The notes below the pieces were generated by a model, which was given only the letters and a program-made list of their open reading frames with translations, did not search any database and was not told the origin of the DNA. Made by a program: the position numbers and the translations under genes. A stretch of DNA of 47,070 bases from Octopus bimaculoides (taxonomy: Eukaryota), in contig NC_068999.1 of assembly GCF_001194135.2 (NCBI RefSeq), positions 24,683,069 through 24,730,138 on the forward strand, written 5' to 3'. Shown here in pieces: positions 35,633-47,070 of this stretch; within the stretch, counting starts at the first letter, position 1; the number at the start of each line of letters is the position of its first letter.

Positions 35633-35717
35633 TAAAATTATCGGTCACAACGGTTTTCGGATCTTCGCATCTATCGGTCTGAGTGTTCAATCAAAATCTC
35701 CGAAAGCAGGGATTAAG
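35633..35717 (+). other. Candidate internal or 5' exon (85 nt)
   Basis: tttgtttccag| acceptor and AAG|GTAAGT donor; one open frame KIIGHNGFRIFASIGLSVQSKSPKAGIK. Confidence 0.3.
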
Positions 35718-38199
35718 GTAAGTACTACAAATGTATTGTGGGAAAATATGTTTATAGATTGTTGAAATGAAAGAGAGCCATATTTTTCTTACTCTCTTGA
35801 TGTATTCATTTCATAATTCCCCTTCCCCACGCTCAACATACTCGTCCTGCCCTAAATAACAGCGATGTTCACCTGGTTGCGTTGGTTGTTTTAAGAAGCC
35901 ATTTATTTCTTGCTTTTTTTCTTCTTCTTGACAGTTAATTAATTCTGGACTTTTTACCAACACATCAAATGTTATTCCAATCTTAATGGAATAATGGGTA
36001 AAGCGACTCAACTGCTTTTGTTAATGGTTGGCACTTGGTCATTAGAACTGCAACTTGTCTACAAAGAAAGAGTAAAAAAGAAATGTTCTTAGATTTGGGT
36101 GTACTAATTCTGTAGCCTTGTTTATTTAGCAAATATGACTGTCGATTTTGCAGTACTGAACAAGTAGGAGAAACATTAACAGTCAACTTATAGTATACCT
36201 TTTTCCGATGTATTTTTTAAATACTAATGCATTGATCTCATTTCTCAGACAGTAAACTACTGTACTATGTCTTGCTTAGGCTATCGGTTTGTGGTTACCA
36301 GTGGTTCTGAAACTTTGGTTAGTTACTATTCTTCTATGATATGTTAGTGTGCTACGCTATCAAATGACTTTTGATAAACTAACCCCATTGCAACTATGTT
36401 CATATAACTTTTCGCTATTTAGTCTTGGACAATTTTCCAAACAAGCGAAAGTTCTCAACGGTATCATATGCCATTTTCCCTTCCAACTTCTCCAGGTGTT
36501 ATTATGTTATTTAAAATCCAGTGTACGGAGTGTATGACAAAAACTTCCAGAGGCAAATCCCCTACAATTTTACTTTAACGACACCTCTTTAAAGCAGCCA
36601 AATTTCTTGCAAATCATACCTTACCGTCTTGAGAAAAGAAAGGAGACACCCACAACGTCACTACCGACACACTACACCCACAAGACCATCCTCACCGCCT
36701 TAATATCACACTACCTACGCACCTCCTTCACGATGCACCGTCTCATCACTTGCATTTCTGAGGTTTTTGTATTGTCTTTTTCTTTTCTTTTTCTCCTGGG
36801 AAGTCTTTAACTCGGCCCTGGGAAGTATTATAACAATGGCCTAGCTGATTTCAGTCTGAACAGTCAGTAAAGTTCGATGTTATTTAAACAGTTTTAATCT
36901 GTCACACAGTTTATAAGGTGTGAAATGAAACTATTTCAAAAGAAGGTGAAGTATTTATATCAATATATTCTTATAAGAGATCTGGGTCTGGCGCCTTCAG
37001 TCTTGTTTCCTTTTCTTCCTTTTCCTACCCCCCCCCCTCTCTCTTATTTGAGGTATACTGTTGAGTTACATTTCATGACAACAAGAATCAGTAACACTTC
37101 CTTTGCAATGAGGCAATATTTTTCTATAGATTTTAGCCGAGAAAACGAAAATATAAAAATTGAGAAGTTTACGTTAAAGTAATGACAACTGAAGGTCAAA
37201 TTTTAAGTCATCCCTTAAATAAAATTGAAGATAAAAAAAAAAAACTGACTACCCATAAAATAGCGAAGAGAATATTTGAGTAGAGAGACCAATGTTCACT
37301 TAAAGAATTGCAACATACAATAAAGATTGATGATAAACTAGAATTATGCTTCAAATATAGAACTCTGTTAAGTAAACCTTATAAATAATTTCAAAAAGTG
37401 ATAACAAGAAATGAAAGTGTAAGTAAAATACTTAAAAAATAAACAACATATTTTGGAAATAAATTTAAACAAATTTTTTTTAAAAATTCAAATAAGATGA
37501 GCTCGCAGTATATTTCAGAATACAGTGAAGAGCACAACTGCATCACTAACGCTCAAGTGTACTGTTCACAAATCCGGATTAGCGAAGTTGCTATACACAT
37601 AAACACCCAAAACTCTAAAAGAAGCTCATGTGTCTCCTTGGTAAAAACCTATTGATCAATACACTTCAGCGACTTGCTCAAAGACTGCTATTTCTTATCC
37701 CATTGTCTCATCGATTGCTTTTACGAAGATTCCTTTTCCTCTGAATTAGTAAGATGTATAACCGATCGACTCAGACCTGCCCGACACTCTCGTCCCCCCT
37801 TGTTTCCTCTCATTTACTTTTCCAAATCAATCCTCCCTTGAACAGCTTTCCTCTGGATATCCTCTGCAAATGTCAACTGACATACATTCAAACTGTCATA
37901 TCATCCCCCTGTTGCCTACTCGCTTATGACAGACTATCAAAGACGAAGACGGCGTCGGTCCAAGACATTCATTCTCCTCTGTCTCCAGTACATTGTTTCT
38001 CACCCCGCTGTTGCTAACTTGTTAAAGAATATAATTTCTATCCTATCAATGATTAAGCGAAATTGCCTATAAACAGTAAAACGCTTGTGCACTATATTTA
38101 TGAAAGTCTTACTACGATTTAGGTTATCTTATCATCTTAAAATATCCTGTAAGTAATTTATTGATGACTTCAGAGTTTAATTGCATCTATGAACTGTGC

Positions 38200-38306
38200 C
38201 ACTAGTATTATTATAAATAATACTAGTGTAGTATTATTATAAATAATACTAGTGTAGTATTATTATAAATAATACTAGTGTAGTATTATTATAAATAATA
38301 CTAGTG
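38200..38306. repeat. Palindromic minisatellite, 4 x 26 bp
   Basis: Unit tagtattattataaataatactagtg starts at 38203, 38229, 38255 and 38281; all units identical; each is a hairpin. Confidence 0.97.
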
Positions 38307-38863
38307 TATGAGCCGTTGTTTTATGCCCAAAATACGTAATACTTTGCTGCATTGAAATAGAGGTATATATTCAAGAAAGAGTTAAGTTAAAGACGGTAAT
38401 AAAACAACATCGAAGTAAAAGAAACGTCTAATAGATCAAAATACATAGTTTTAAACTATTTATTTCTGTTTACGTTATATTCAACAATCTAACAAATCAA
38501 TGTCTGTAAAGTCGATATTTTAAGATAATTTAACATTTCCATAATCATATAGAAAAGAAATGTGTGTGAGAGAGAAAGAGACAGAGAAAGAGAGAGAGGG
38601 AGAGAAAGAGGGAGAGAGAAAGAGAGGAGAGACGGAAGAGGAGAGAGAGCGAGAGAGGAGAGGAGAGAAAGCGAGAGAGGAGAGAGATAAACTGTTGTCC
38701 ACTCGGTTGAACACAACTACCTTGTCACTGGTGTGTTTCTATCTGAGTCCATTCTGTTGCAAACATGTAGACCAGGTTTCCCGTTTGAAGATACTCCCTT
38801 CCTTCATTCCAACTTAAGCATGCCATCTTTCCTGGCTCATATATATATATATATTATATTATA

Positions 38864-39240
38864 GGCGCAGGAGTGGCTGTGTGGTAAGTAGCTTGCTTAC
38901 CAACCACATGGTTCTGGGTTCATTCCCACTGCGTGGCACCTTGGGCAAATGCCTTCTACTATAGCCTCGGGTCGACCAAAGCCTTGTGAGTGGATTTGGT
39001 AGACAGAAACTGAAAGAAGCCCGTCGTATATATGTATATATATATGTGTGTATATGTTTGTGTGTCTGTGTTTGTCCCCCCAACATCGTTTGACAACCGA
39101 TGCTGGTTCGGCAAAAGAGACCGATAGAATAAGTACTAGGTTTCCAAAGAATAAGTCCCGGGGTCGATTTGCTCGACTAAAGGCGGTGCTCCAGCATGGC
39201 CACAGTCAAATGACTGAAAAAAGTAAAAGAGTAAAAGAGA
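38864..39240 (+). mobile_element. SINE family B, full length (tRNA head, CORE-like domain, internal microsatellite)
   Basis: ggcgcaggagtggctgtgtggtaag head, ggttca B box, tgcgtggcaccttgggcaaatg CORE-like motif, (GTAAAAGA)n tail. Confidence 0.93.
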
Positions 39241-39254
39241 TATATATATATTTA

Positions 39255-39320
<66 letters not shown>

Positions 39321-39709
39321 GATAATATACATATATATATATAATTAATATTCGGTTGAATTAGGTACGTAAACTGAGGCACCTTGTTAGGTCGATCTAA
39401 TTTGCACACCCAAACAATATCAAGTGAATATCAAGCTCTGTGCACAAGTGTTTGCACTTGACATTCTTGCAGTGTGTGCAGTTAACACGATTCAACTTAG
39501 TGAAGAGATCCGCTCTTGGTTGTTCAGACATGTACTTTATATAAAAATACAAAAATACTTTCTATAAAATTTCCGTAGTGCAGATTTCAGTGTATAAAAT
39601 ATAAATGAATAACAAAGATGTACAATGGTAATGGAATTATTGGCGGTGGATTTAGTGGTGAAGAAGATTCCGGAAAACGACAGCACGCCATGGATGATTA
39701 ACCGCTTAA

Positions 39710-39912
39710 CCCTTTAGCAGTCAGATTGCTTTGTCAAATGTAATACATATCTATTCACATTGTTTTAAATCAATCATAGCTCTGAGATTTCGATGATATG
39801 ATAGTTATTTTTAGAATTACGTTGTAGGGTAAATGTAAGAGATTGGATCTGGTTAGTTTGAGCATAAAACAGGTAGAATAGCTGAGCCTGATATGGCCAG
39901 TTTAAATGCCAA
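39710..39912. mobile_element. piggyBac-type MITE, right end eroded
   Basis: TTAA|CCCTTTAGC left end; the right end tttaaatgccaat retains only part of the expected inverted terminus. Confidence 0.6.
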
Positions 39913-40707
39913 TCACGTGTAACTATTATGGTTTGGTCGTGATGTCTGACCGCATATCTAGCGATTCGGTTTCGAATCACCGCAACACTCCTCTATGTGC
40001 CATCATACCACCAAAATATCTATAATCCCTAGATTATAGATATTTTAGTAGTTTGGTGGTAGATGGCGTTAGTGTGATGTTAAAGGTAAAGGAGTCACCT
40101 ACAGCATTGTTGGAGTTGAGGCAGAAGTATAGGCGGCTGTGATGTTGTCTAAAGTGGTGATAATCGATGATGGTGTGGGTGGTAGCAGCCAGTGGTAGTT
40201 ATGTTGGTAATAATGTTGTTGTCGATGTGGAAATGAATATGGTGGAGACGAAAGTAGTACTAATAGCCGTAATTGATGGTGGTGGTGGTGGGTTTGTAGC
40301 GGCGGCGGCGGTGGTGGTTTTGATACTGGAAACCTTGTGGTTCACGTCATTCCATTCCGTCTAGAGAATGGTGGTGCAAAAACGAAGCGATAATTATCGG
40401 AGACATATCTGATAAGCTCCTTTCTGTCATCTTCGACTGATGAAAGTGCTTACACAACTCAAAGAAAGGGTCAGATGTATTGCTAGGGTCACCCATGTGG
40501 CTCCGAGCAGATATACCACGTCGCTGTATCTGCGGTCTGTTTTGCCAGCAAATCTAATTAAAGCCTCATTTAGTTCTTATCTCGACTAATGGAGATTATT
40601 GAACTGCTGAAGTCGTTGTTTCTTTGCAACGTTGTTCTGACAGTCGTGTAAATAAAGACAAATATTGGGATATACATAGGAAAATGCGAGCGAGTGCGCG
40701 CGCGTGT

Positions 40708-40760
<53 letters not shown>

Positions 40761-40972
40761 AGCTGCATGAGTATTATAAACTTTCTATACCTTGTGAATG
40801 TGTATACTGATATATATATGTGTATATATATACTTTTCGTATATACATAAACATATATAATATATATAAACACACACACACACGTACACACACAAATACG
40901 CACACATTTGTATGTATAGTTATCGGCATGCTAATATCTATCTATCCATCTACCCATCTCTCTATCTATTTA

Positions 40973-41036
<64 letters not shown>

Positions 41037-41772
41037 NNNNNNNNNNNNNNNNNNNNNNNNNNNNNNNNNNNNNNNNNNNNNNNNNNNNNNNNNNNNNNNN
41101 NNNNNNNNNNNNNNNNNNNNNNNNNNNNNNNNNNNNNNNNNNNNNNNNNNNNNNNNNNNNNNNNNNNNNNNNNNNNNNNNNNNNNNNNNNNNNNNNNNNN
41201 NNNNNNNNNNNNNNNNNNNNNNNNNNNNNNNNNNNNNNNNNNNNNNNNNNNNNNNNNNNNNNNNNNNNNNNNNNNNNNNNNNNNNNNNNNNNNNNNNNNN
41301 NNNNNNNNNNNNNNNNNNNNNNNNNNNNNNNNNNNNNNNNNNNNNNNNNNNNNNNNNNNNNNNNNNNNNNNNNNNNNNNNNNNNNNNNNNNNNNNNNNNN
41401 NNNNNNNNNNNNNNNNNNNNNNNNNNNNNNNNNNNNNNNNNNNNNNNNNNNNNNNNNNNNNNNNNNNNNNNNNNNNNNNNNNNNNNNNNNNNNNNNNNNN
41501 NNNNNNNNNNNNNNNNNNNNNNNNNNNNNNNNNNNNNNNNNNNNNNNNNNNNNNNNNNNNNNNNNNNNNNNNNNNNNNNNNNNNNNNNNNNNNNNNNNNN
41601 NNNNNNNNNNNNNNNNNNNNNNNNNNNNNNNNNNNNNNNNNNNNNNNNNNNNNNNNNNNNNNNNNNNNNNNNNNNNNNNNNNNNNNNNNNNNNNNNNNNN
41701 NNNNNNNNNTATATATATATATATATATGCATAGACACATATATACATACATGCGTATGAGTGATGTGTGTA

Positions 41773-41807
<35 letters not shown>

Positions 41808-43358
41808 CGCGCGCGTGCTCGTAGATATATTTGCATGCGCGCATTTCAAGAAATGAGAGAGGGAGAGAGGGATAGAGAGGGGTGAGAGAGAGATTGTTCA
41901 ACGATTAATGATTGTTTATATCTACAGATTACTTCTGTAGTTTCCAGTGTTTCGTTTGGTTTTTATGGAGTTCTCTTTAATACAGTCAATCCTCTGGGAC
42001 TCTGTTAAGAAACAGCAGCCAACATGTTTCCAAACAGACGATTTTAACAAAATTATAAAGGTTAACATGTTATCAGCAACAAACTTCTCTCTGCTCTCTC
42101 TCACTCGCTCTGTGTCCTTTGTCTTTTCTCCTATTATTCATCTCTCCCTCTCTCTCTCCTCCCCCTCTCTTTCTGTTCCTCTCTCTCTCTTTTTCCTCTT
42201 CAGTCTTTCTATCTCTCCCCCTCTCTCATTTTCTCTCCAGTTCTTTTTCTAGCTTTTACCCCTTCTACCTCCATCACTTCCTTATTTTACTCTTTACTAT
42301 TATTTTCTTTCCTTTTCCGTCATCCACCGCCTTTTTTGGCCGAAAGTTTGATAACACTTCTGTTTACAATTGTTTGCTTTTTGTATGTATGTGTGTGAAT
42401 GTATGTATGTATGCATGTATGCATGAATGTGAGTATGTATGTGTATGTATGTATGTATGTATGTATGTATGTATGTATGTATGTATGTGTGTGTGTGTGC
42501 GTGCGTAAGTATTTATGTGTGTAGATGTATGTGTAATGTGTATGTATATATGTGTACGCATGTATGTATGTGTATATGTGTAACTTTGTATGTATGTATG
42601 TATGTATGAATGTATGTACGTATGTGTGCGTGTGCATGTATGTATGTTTTACACACACACACATGTATGTATGTGTGTGTGTGTGTGTGTGTGTGCGTGC
42701 GTAAGTATTTATGTGTGTAGATGTATGTATATGTGTAATGTGTGTGTATGTATGTATGTGTATATGTGTGACTTTGTATTTGTATGTATGTATGTATGTA
42801 TGTGTGTATGTATGGATTTTTAGCCATCCGTGTTTTTTTTTTTCTCATTTTTTTCTTTGTAGTTACACAAATGAATGTAATTGCATTTTTAGATTAATTC
42901 TAAATTTAATTTGAAAAGACACAGCAGTGAAAACCTTTGCGAAAAAAGACGTCTATGTATTTTACACGAGGGTTATCACTAACAAGCATGTAAAATTCAG
43001 GGAGTGCACGTGCAGGGTTGCGCTTGTCCTCCTAAAATCTGCGGGGTGGGGATAGGTAATTAAAATGCTTTAAACATTCCGGATAGGACCCTGGGTTTGA
43101 ACTCCCCAAGCAAATTTCGTTTCTGCATTTATGGATGACTAATCATTAGTCGTCCACTTGATAAATAGTTCGATCTTTTGGCACAAATTATGAAACAATC
43201 GATGACGTAGTGAAGAGGTGGACTGAAAAAGGGCCTTACTGAATAATGGGGGCCACAGAACAGTTGATAATAATTGAGAGCAGAGCTGTGTGTGTGTGTA
43301 AAACATATTATATTATAGTATTGTGGGAGTTACATTATTATGTCGTTGATATTAGGCA

Positions 43359-43615
43359 ACCTGGCGGTGACCTGGCGGTGACCTGGCGGCGACCTGGCAG
43401 AAGTGTTAGCACGCCGGGCGAAATGCTTAGCGGTATTTCGTCTGCCGTTACTTTCTGAGTTCAAATTCCGCCGAAGTCGACTTTGCCTTTCATCCTTTCG
43501 GGGTCGATTAAATAAGTACCAGTTACGCACCGGGGTCGATGTAATCGACTTAATCCCTTTGTCTGTCCTTGTTTGTCCCCTCTATGTTTAGCCCCCTGTG
43601 GGCAATAAATAAATA
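43359..43615 (+). mobile_element. Young SINE family A copy with a tandemly reiterated 5' end
   Basis: 11-bp unit acctggcgg(t/c)g x3 plus a partial fourth; flanks gatattaggcaacctgg (43348-43364) and gatattaagcaatctgg (43616-43632) match 15/17. Confidence 0.93.
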
Positions 43616-43832
43616 GATATTAAGCAATCTGGTGAGAGGTTGCATTCGTGGACAAGAAGGACTGTACAAATAAATATGTATTTCCATACATTTATTATAT
43701 TTATTCATATCTTACATTTATACAAAGGTATATTTACATAATATTGAAGAATATTTCTGTGTAGGTAATACTTGAAGATTTACAAAATGGAAGACGTAGC
43801 AAGTGATCTCGTTAAATTTGTAACGTTGCATG

Positions 43833-44188
43833 CAGAGCCAGCGCTAGAAAGTGCGAGGGCCAATAAGAGAATTGTCAGTGTGGACCTCTGCTTTACAAAA
43901 GCTGAAGATTGATGTTTTATGCTTCGTGAACGCGAGTCTCAACCAAAAAGCGTTGAGGACTTGAAGCTCCACCATTAGCCACATTGATATACTAAAAATT
44001 CACCATAGCGTCCTCTCCTCGAGTGTGTGCGCGGGGCCCTCTCTTGGCGCAGGGCCCTCTCTTGGCGCAGGGCCCTCTCTTGGCGCAGGGCCCTCTCTTG
44101 GCGCAGGGCCCTCTCTTGGCGCAGGGCCTTCTCTTGTCGCGGGGCGCAGTTTGAACAAATCTGTCCAATTGGCTTAAAACCGGCCCTG
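43833..44188. mobile_element. hAT MITE with internal 18-bp tandem array
   Basis: TIRs cagagccag / ccggccctg; perfect 8-bp TSD gttgcatg (43825-43832, 44189-44196); gggccctctcttggcgca x5 plus one degenerate unit (44034-44141). Confidence 0.92.
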
Positions 44189-44885
44189 GTTGCATGTATC
44201 CTACATTATTATAGAATTTTTTTTTTAAATGAGAGAAAATAGAACAGAATAATAGATAGAAGGATATCGACATGAAGGCACAAGATAGATTAACCACTGT
44301 CGAACATGTATTCTTTGAATATTATATAAGAACAAGTAGAAGGAGGTGAGAGTACATCTCGTGGAACAAAATGATAAAGTCCCACAGGAAATTGAAGTTC
44401 ACTCTTGCGTGGGGTCCAGATCGTTAGTTTATAAAACACAGAGCAAAAACTTCTAGAACCTTCGAATTCCAAATTAGCAAAAAGCAGATATAATCTTGCT
44501 TTGCAATTTCACTGTTGTTAGCTGACACACGTTAGCCAATGCTGATCAACCAGTAAGTATTTACTTGAGTGTTCTGATCTCTTAAAGAGTTTTTCATGCC
44601 TTTATGGCTACATGAGTATACCGTTGCTCATAGCTGGAAATGCAAGCAGCGAAGTGTTTCGAATCCAGCCAAACATTGCTACAATATAAAAATAACACAC
44701 ACACATCATCATCATCATCATGCAGTGGAAGCTGCTTATCGATTACTTTGGGACGAAGCGTTTTCGATAATAATCGGCCAAGATCATTAAGCTAATAAAG
44801 AGCTAGGGATTCACGAATTTCGATAACAATAACTGCTAACAATTATTTGTGTTTGTGTGTGTGCGCGCGCGCACGCGTACATAAT

Positions 44886-44922
44886 GTTCGTCCGTCGGTG
44901 TCGACCATGACCAAAGATATCA
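44886..44922 (-). mobile_element. 37-bp 3' tip of the RTE family seen at 11576
   Basis: gttcgtccgtcggtgtcgaccatgaccaaagatatca versus gttcgtccgtcgttgtcgacgatgatgaccaaggatatca. Confidence 0.7.
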
Positions 44923-44962
44923 CACACATACACACACGAACACACACACGCACACACACACG

Positions 44963-44993
<31 letters not shown>

Positions 44994-45860
44994 TTACATA
45001 TATACATACAGATCCATCACGTGTATGTGATGAAAGGTATAAGTGGAAGTGGGGGAAGAAGTGATGAGGAGAAAAAAGAGAGAAAAGGAAAGAAGCAAAC
45101 AGGAACATGGCGAAAAAAGAAAGAAAGAAAGTAAAACAGGAAAGGTCAAAGGCAAAGAATGAGATTCAGAAAAAAAATAAAGGTTTACGTTAAATAAAAT
45201 ATTTTGTGTATTGACGTGGAAAGCAGGAAATAAGCTGTTTGACAAAGGCCAGGAAGATACAGGTACAGTAATTGAGAAAGTTATGGCGGAGACAATGAAA
45301 TAGAGAGAGCGGGTAAGGGAAGAAAACGACAAGTTGAACATTGAGATAGTTACGTGTATTTATATGTTTACGTAGATAGATGCTGAGTATAGTAAATTAG
45401 ATGGACATGGAAAGACAATGAGAAAAGAGAAGAAAAGAAAATGATTAACGAAATGTATTAAACTAGAACGATATTTAGCATGATTACTGATTGTAAGAGT
45501 GATAATGCTTTGTGTATGAAAATATAATGCATAAGGTTTATTAGAATGCTTGAAAGAGAAATGCAAGGTTGTGGGGATTAAGACTTGGTGATTAGGAAAA
45601 TTAAAACAGGTCGAAAATTAATAGATGGACATGAATAAAGTATAATAATCATGCTACAGTTGCTCGGAAAATTTATCATTCATGGGAGGTGTATATTCTC
45701 ACCGTTTTCTTTCATACCAAATGTTACGGAAGCTGACATTTACGGGACAGAAATATGTAAAGGTTGATATTTTATATTCGTAGTATTATAGTCAAATATG
45801 ATCCAAACGATATGCACAGAGTTTAACGTGTGCGTGGCAAGTAGTATAGATGTTCTTAAG

Positions 45861-45907
45861 AAGTACTTCCTCTGACGAGGGCATGAAGTGATTGCACGTA
45901 GGTACTT
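45861..45907 (+). ncRNA. Decayed hammerhead upstream of the Penelope ORF
   Basis: aagtacttcct CUGACGA gggcat GAA[AC deleted]gtg-attg-cac GUA ggtactt. Confidence 0.45.
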
Positions 45908-45933
45908 AAATGCTCGAGAAAAAATACTCGAAT

Positions 45934-46958
45934 GAAGATCTGAATATATTTAACAATATACTGAACACACTTCGCCCATCCATCAAATTCACGACAGAAT
46001 CCAGTTGCAATGAACTACCATTCTGAATATCCACATAAAAATACAGAACTCCAGTTACAACAGACATATTTTACAAAAAAACAAAAAACAAAAAAAAACT
46101 GACACACACCAATATTTCAATTTCTACTCTTGCCATCCATCACACATCAAAAGAAGCATCCCATACAGCATGGCAAGACACATCTGTGCTATAGTGACTG
46201 ACCCCAAAATACGTGAAATCTGACTCAACAAACTCAAAGGTTTCCTTGCAATGCAGAAATACCTCTTAGGATTAATTAATGAGGGAATTAAAAAGGTGGT
46301 GAAACTGAACATCACCAACTATGGACACCTAAGGAGAAAGTTAATGAAAACATAATTCCGTTCGTTAACACACAGTCCTGGAATAACCAACATCTTTCAC
46401 GCCATAAAATCGAACTTACCTATACTCCTACAAAGCTCCAAAATGAAAACTCTGATTGAAAAATCATCTTACAGAACAGCAGACGCCAACCAAAAGATCT
46501 TTAAAATACACCTCACAAGGGCAGAATTCAAATCAGAAAATGAAACAGAATTCTTAGTAAAAGAATGCTGAGATAGGAGATGTGGAACATGCAACAATAT
46601 CAACAACTTCAAATACTTGGAAAGTGGTTCCACATAAAATTAAAGAGCAGATCCCTTTTCAAAATAAATGCAGATATGAACTGCAAAACGCAAAACCTTA
46701 TATCCTTCATTACCTGCCCAAACTGCAAAGAAAATTACATTGGCGAAACAAATAATTCCCTCTGCCAACGTGCAAGAATCCACAGGCAACATATCTGACA
46801 AGAAGAATTACGCAAGATTCCATTAAGCATCTGGAAATATGCGGCAATGGAAAGTTAAAAATTTTTCTTTTTTACAAATGTGCTCGGGACTATCATAATA
46901 CCGAAAAGCAATGGAACTACATTTCATCAAAAAATTCTCTCCAAAGCTGAATGTTTGA
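45934..46958 (+). pseudogene. Penelope-like element: RT C-terminus, thumb and GIY-YIG endonuclease, disrupted
   Basis: LNTLRPSIKFTTE..NELP...TDIFYK.TDTHQYFNFYSCHPSHIKRSIPYSMA...RRCGTC...CKTQNLISFITCPNCKENYIGET..LCQRARIHRQHI...FSPKLNV*. Confidence 0.95.
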
Positions 46959-47070
46959 AAGAAAAGCAGAGACAGTACGTTTTGTAAGAGTTATACTAAT
47001 GTTCTCTAACGCAAAATCATGGAATTGAAAGAGGCGTGATCGAAGTTACACAGTATAAACATGGACATAA

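Noticed and set aside
35811-36560. Minus-strand ORFs and a cagtggttctgaaac hAT-like end near 36300
   Set aside because: No matching second TIR and no convincing transposase motif.
38203-38306. CRISPR-like interpretation of the palindromic repeats (also 44034-44141)
   Set aside because: No spacers, and eukaryotic context; these are plain tandem repeats.
40436-40480. CTGATGA...GAAA string
   Set aside because: Stems II and III do not form.
44746-44840. Two tandem minus-strand CGAAA-hairpin-UC units, possibly decayed minimal hammerheads
   Set aside because: The cores deviate at two or more invariant positions, so they cannot be distinguished from chance without a family consensus.

Overview
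AT-rich, microsatellite-saturated eukaryotic non-coding DNA. The repeat families (tRNA-derived SINEs with CORE-like and Deu/Nin-like bodies, RTE, R4/Dong and Penelope retroelements, mariner/hAT/piggyBac MITEs, Helentron) suggest a coleoid cephalopod, probably Octopus; this is inference from recalled repeat sequences, not a database hit. There are six assembly gaps (18572-18818, 20668-20878, 21599-21777, 23593-24151, 30608-31052, 41037-41709), all bordered by microsatellites. No complete host gene is visible. Most ORFs in the track are microsatellite artefacts or transposon relics, and only two possible + strand exons (32536 onward, 35633-35717) are noted. The main hunt result is a set of type I hammerhead ribozyme folds, read by eye, with palindromic stem III. 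Three of them have the covariant U3-A8 core (UUGAAAA/UCGAAAA instead of CUGANGA). Two long palindromic elements (21841-22280, 24649-24966) are each built from a divergent inverted pair of hammerhead-bearing units. Other highlights are a ~190-bp hairpin whose arm differences are almost all G-U on one strand (possible fossil ADAR hyper-editing or RNA-structure selection), a pre-miRNA-shaped hairpin, a decayed initiator tRNA-Met, a Helentron Rep relic with a HINE partner, two foldback mariner derivatives and a palindromic minisatellite.
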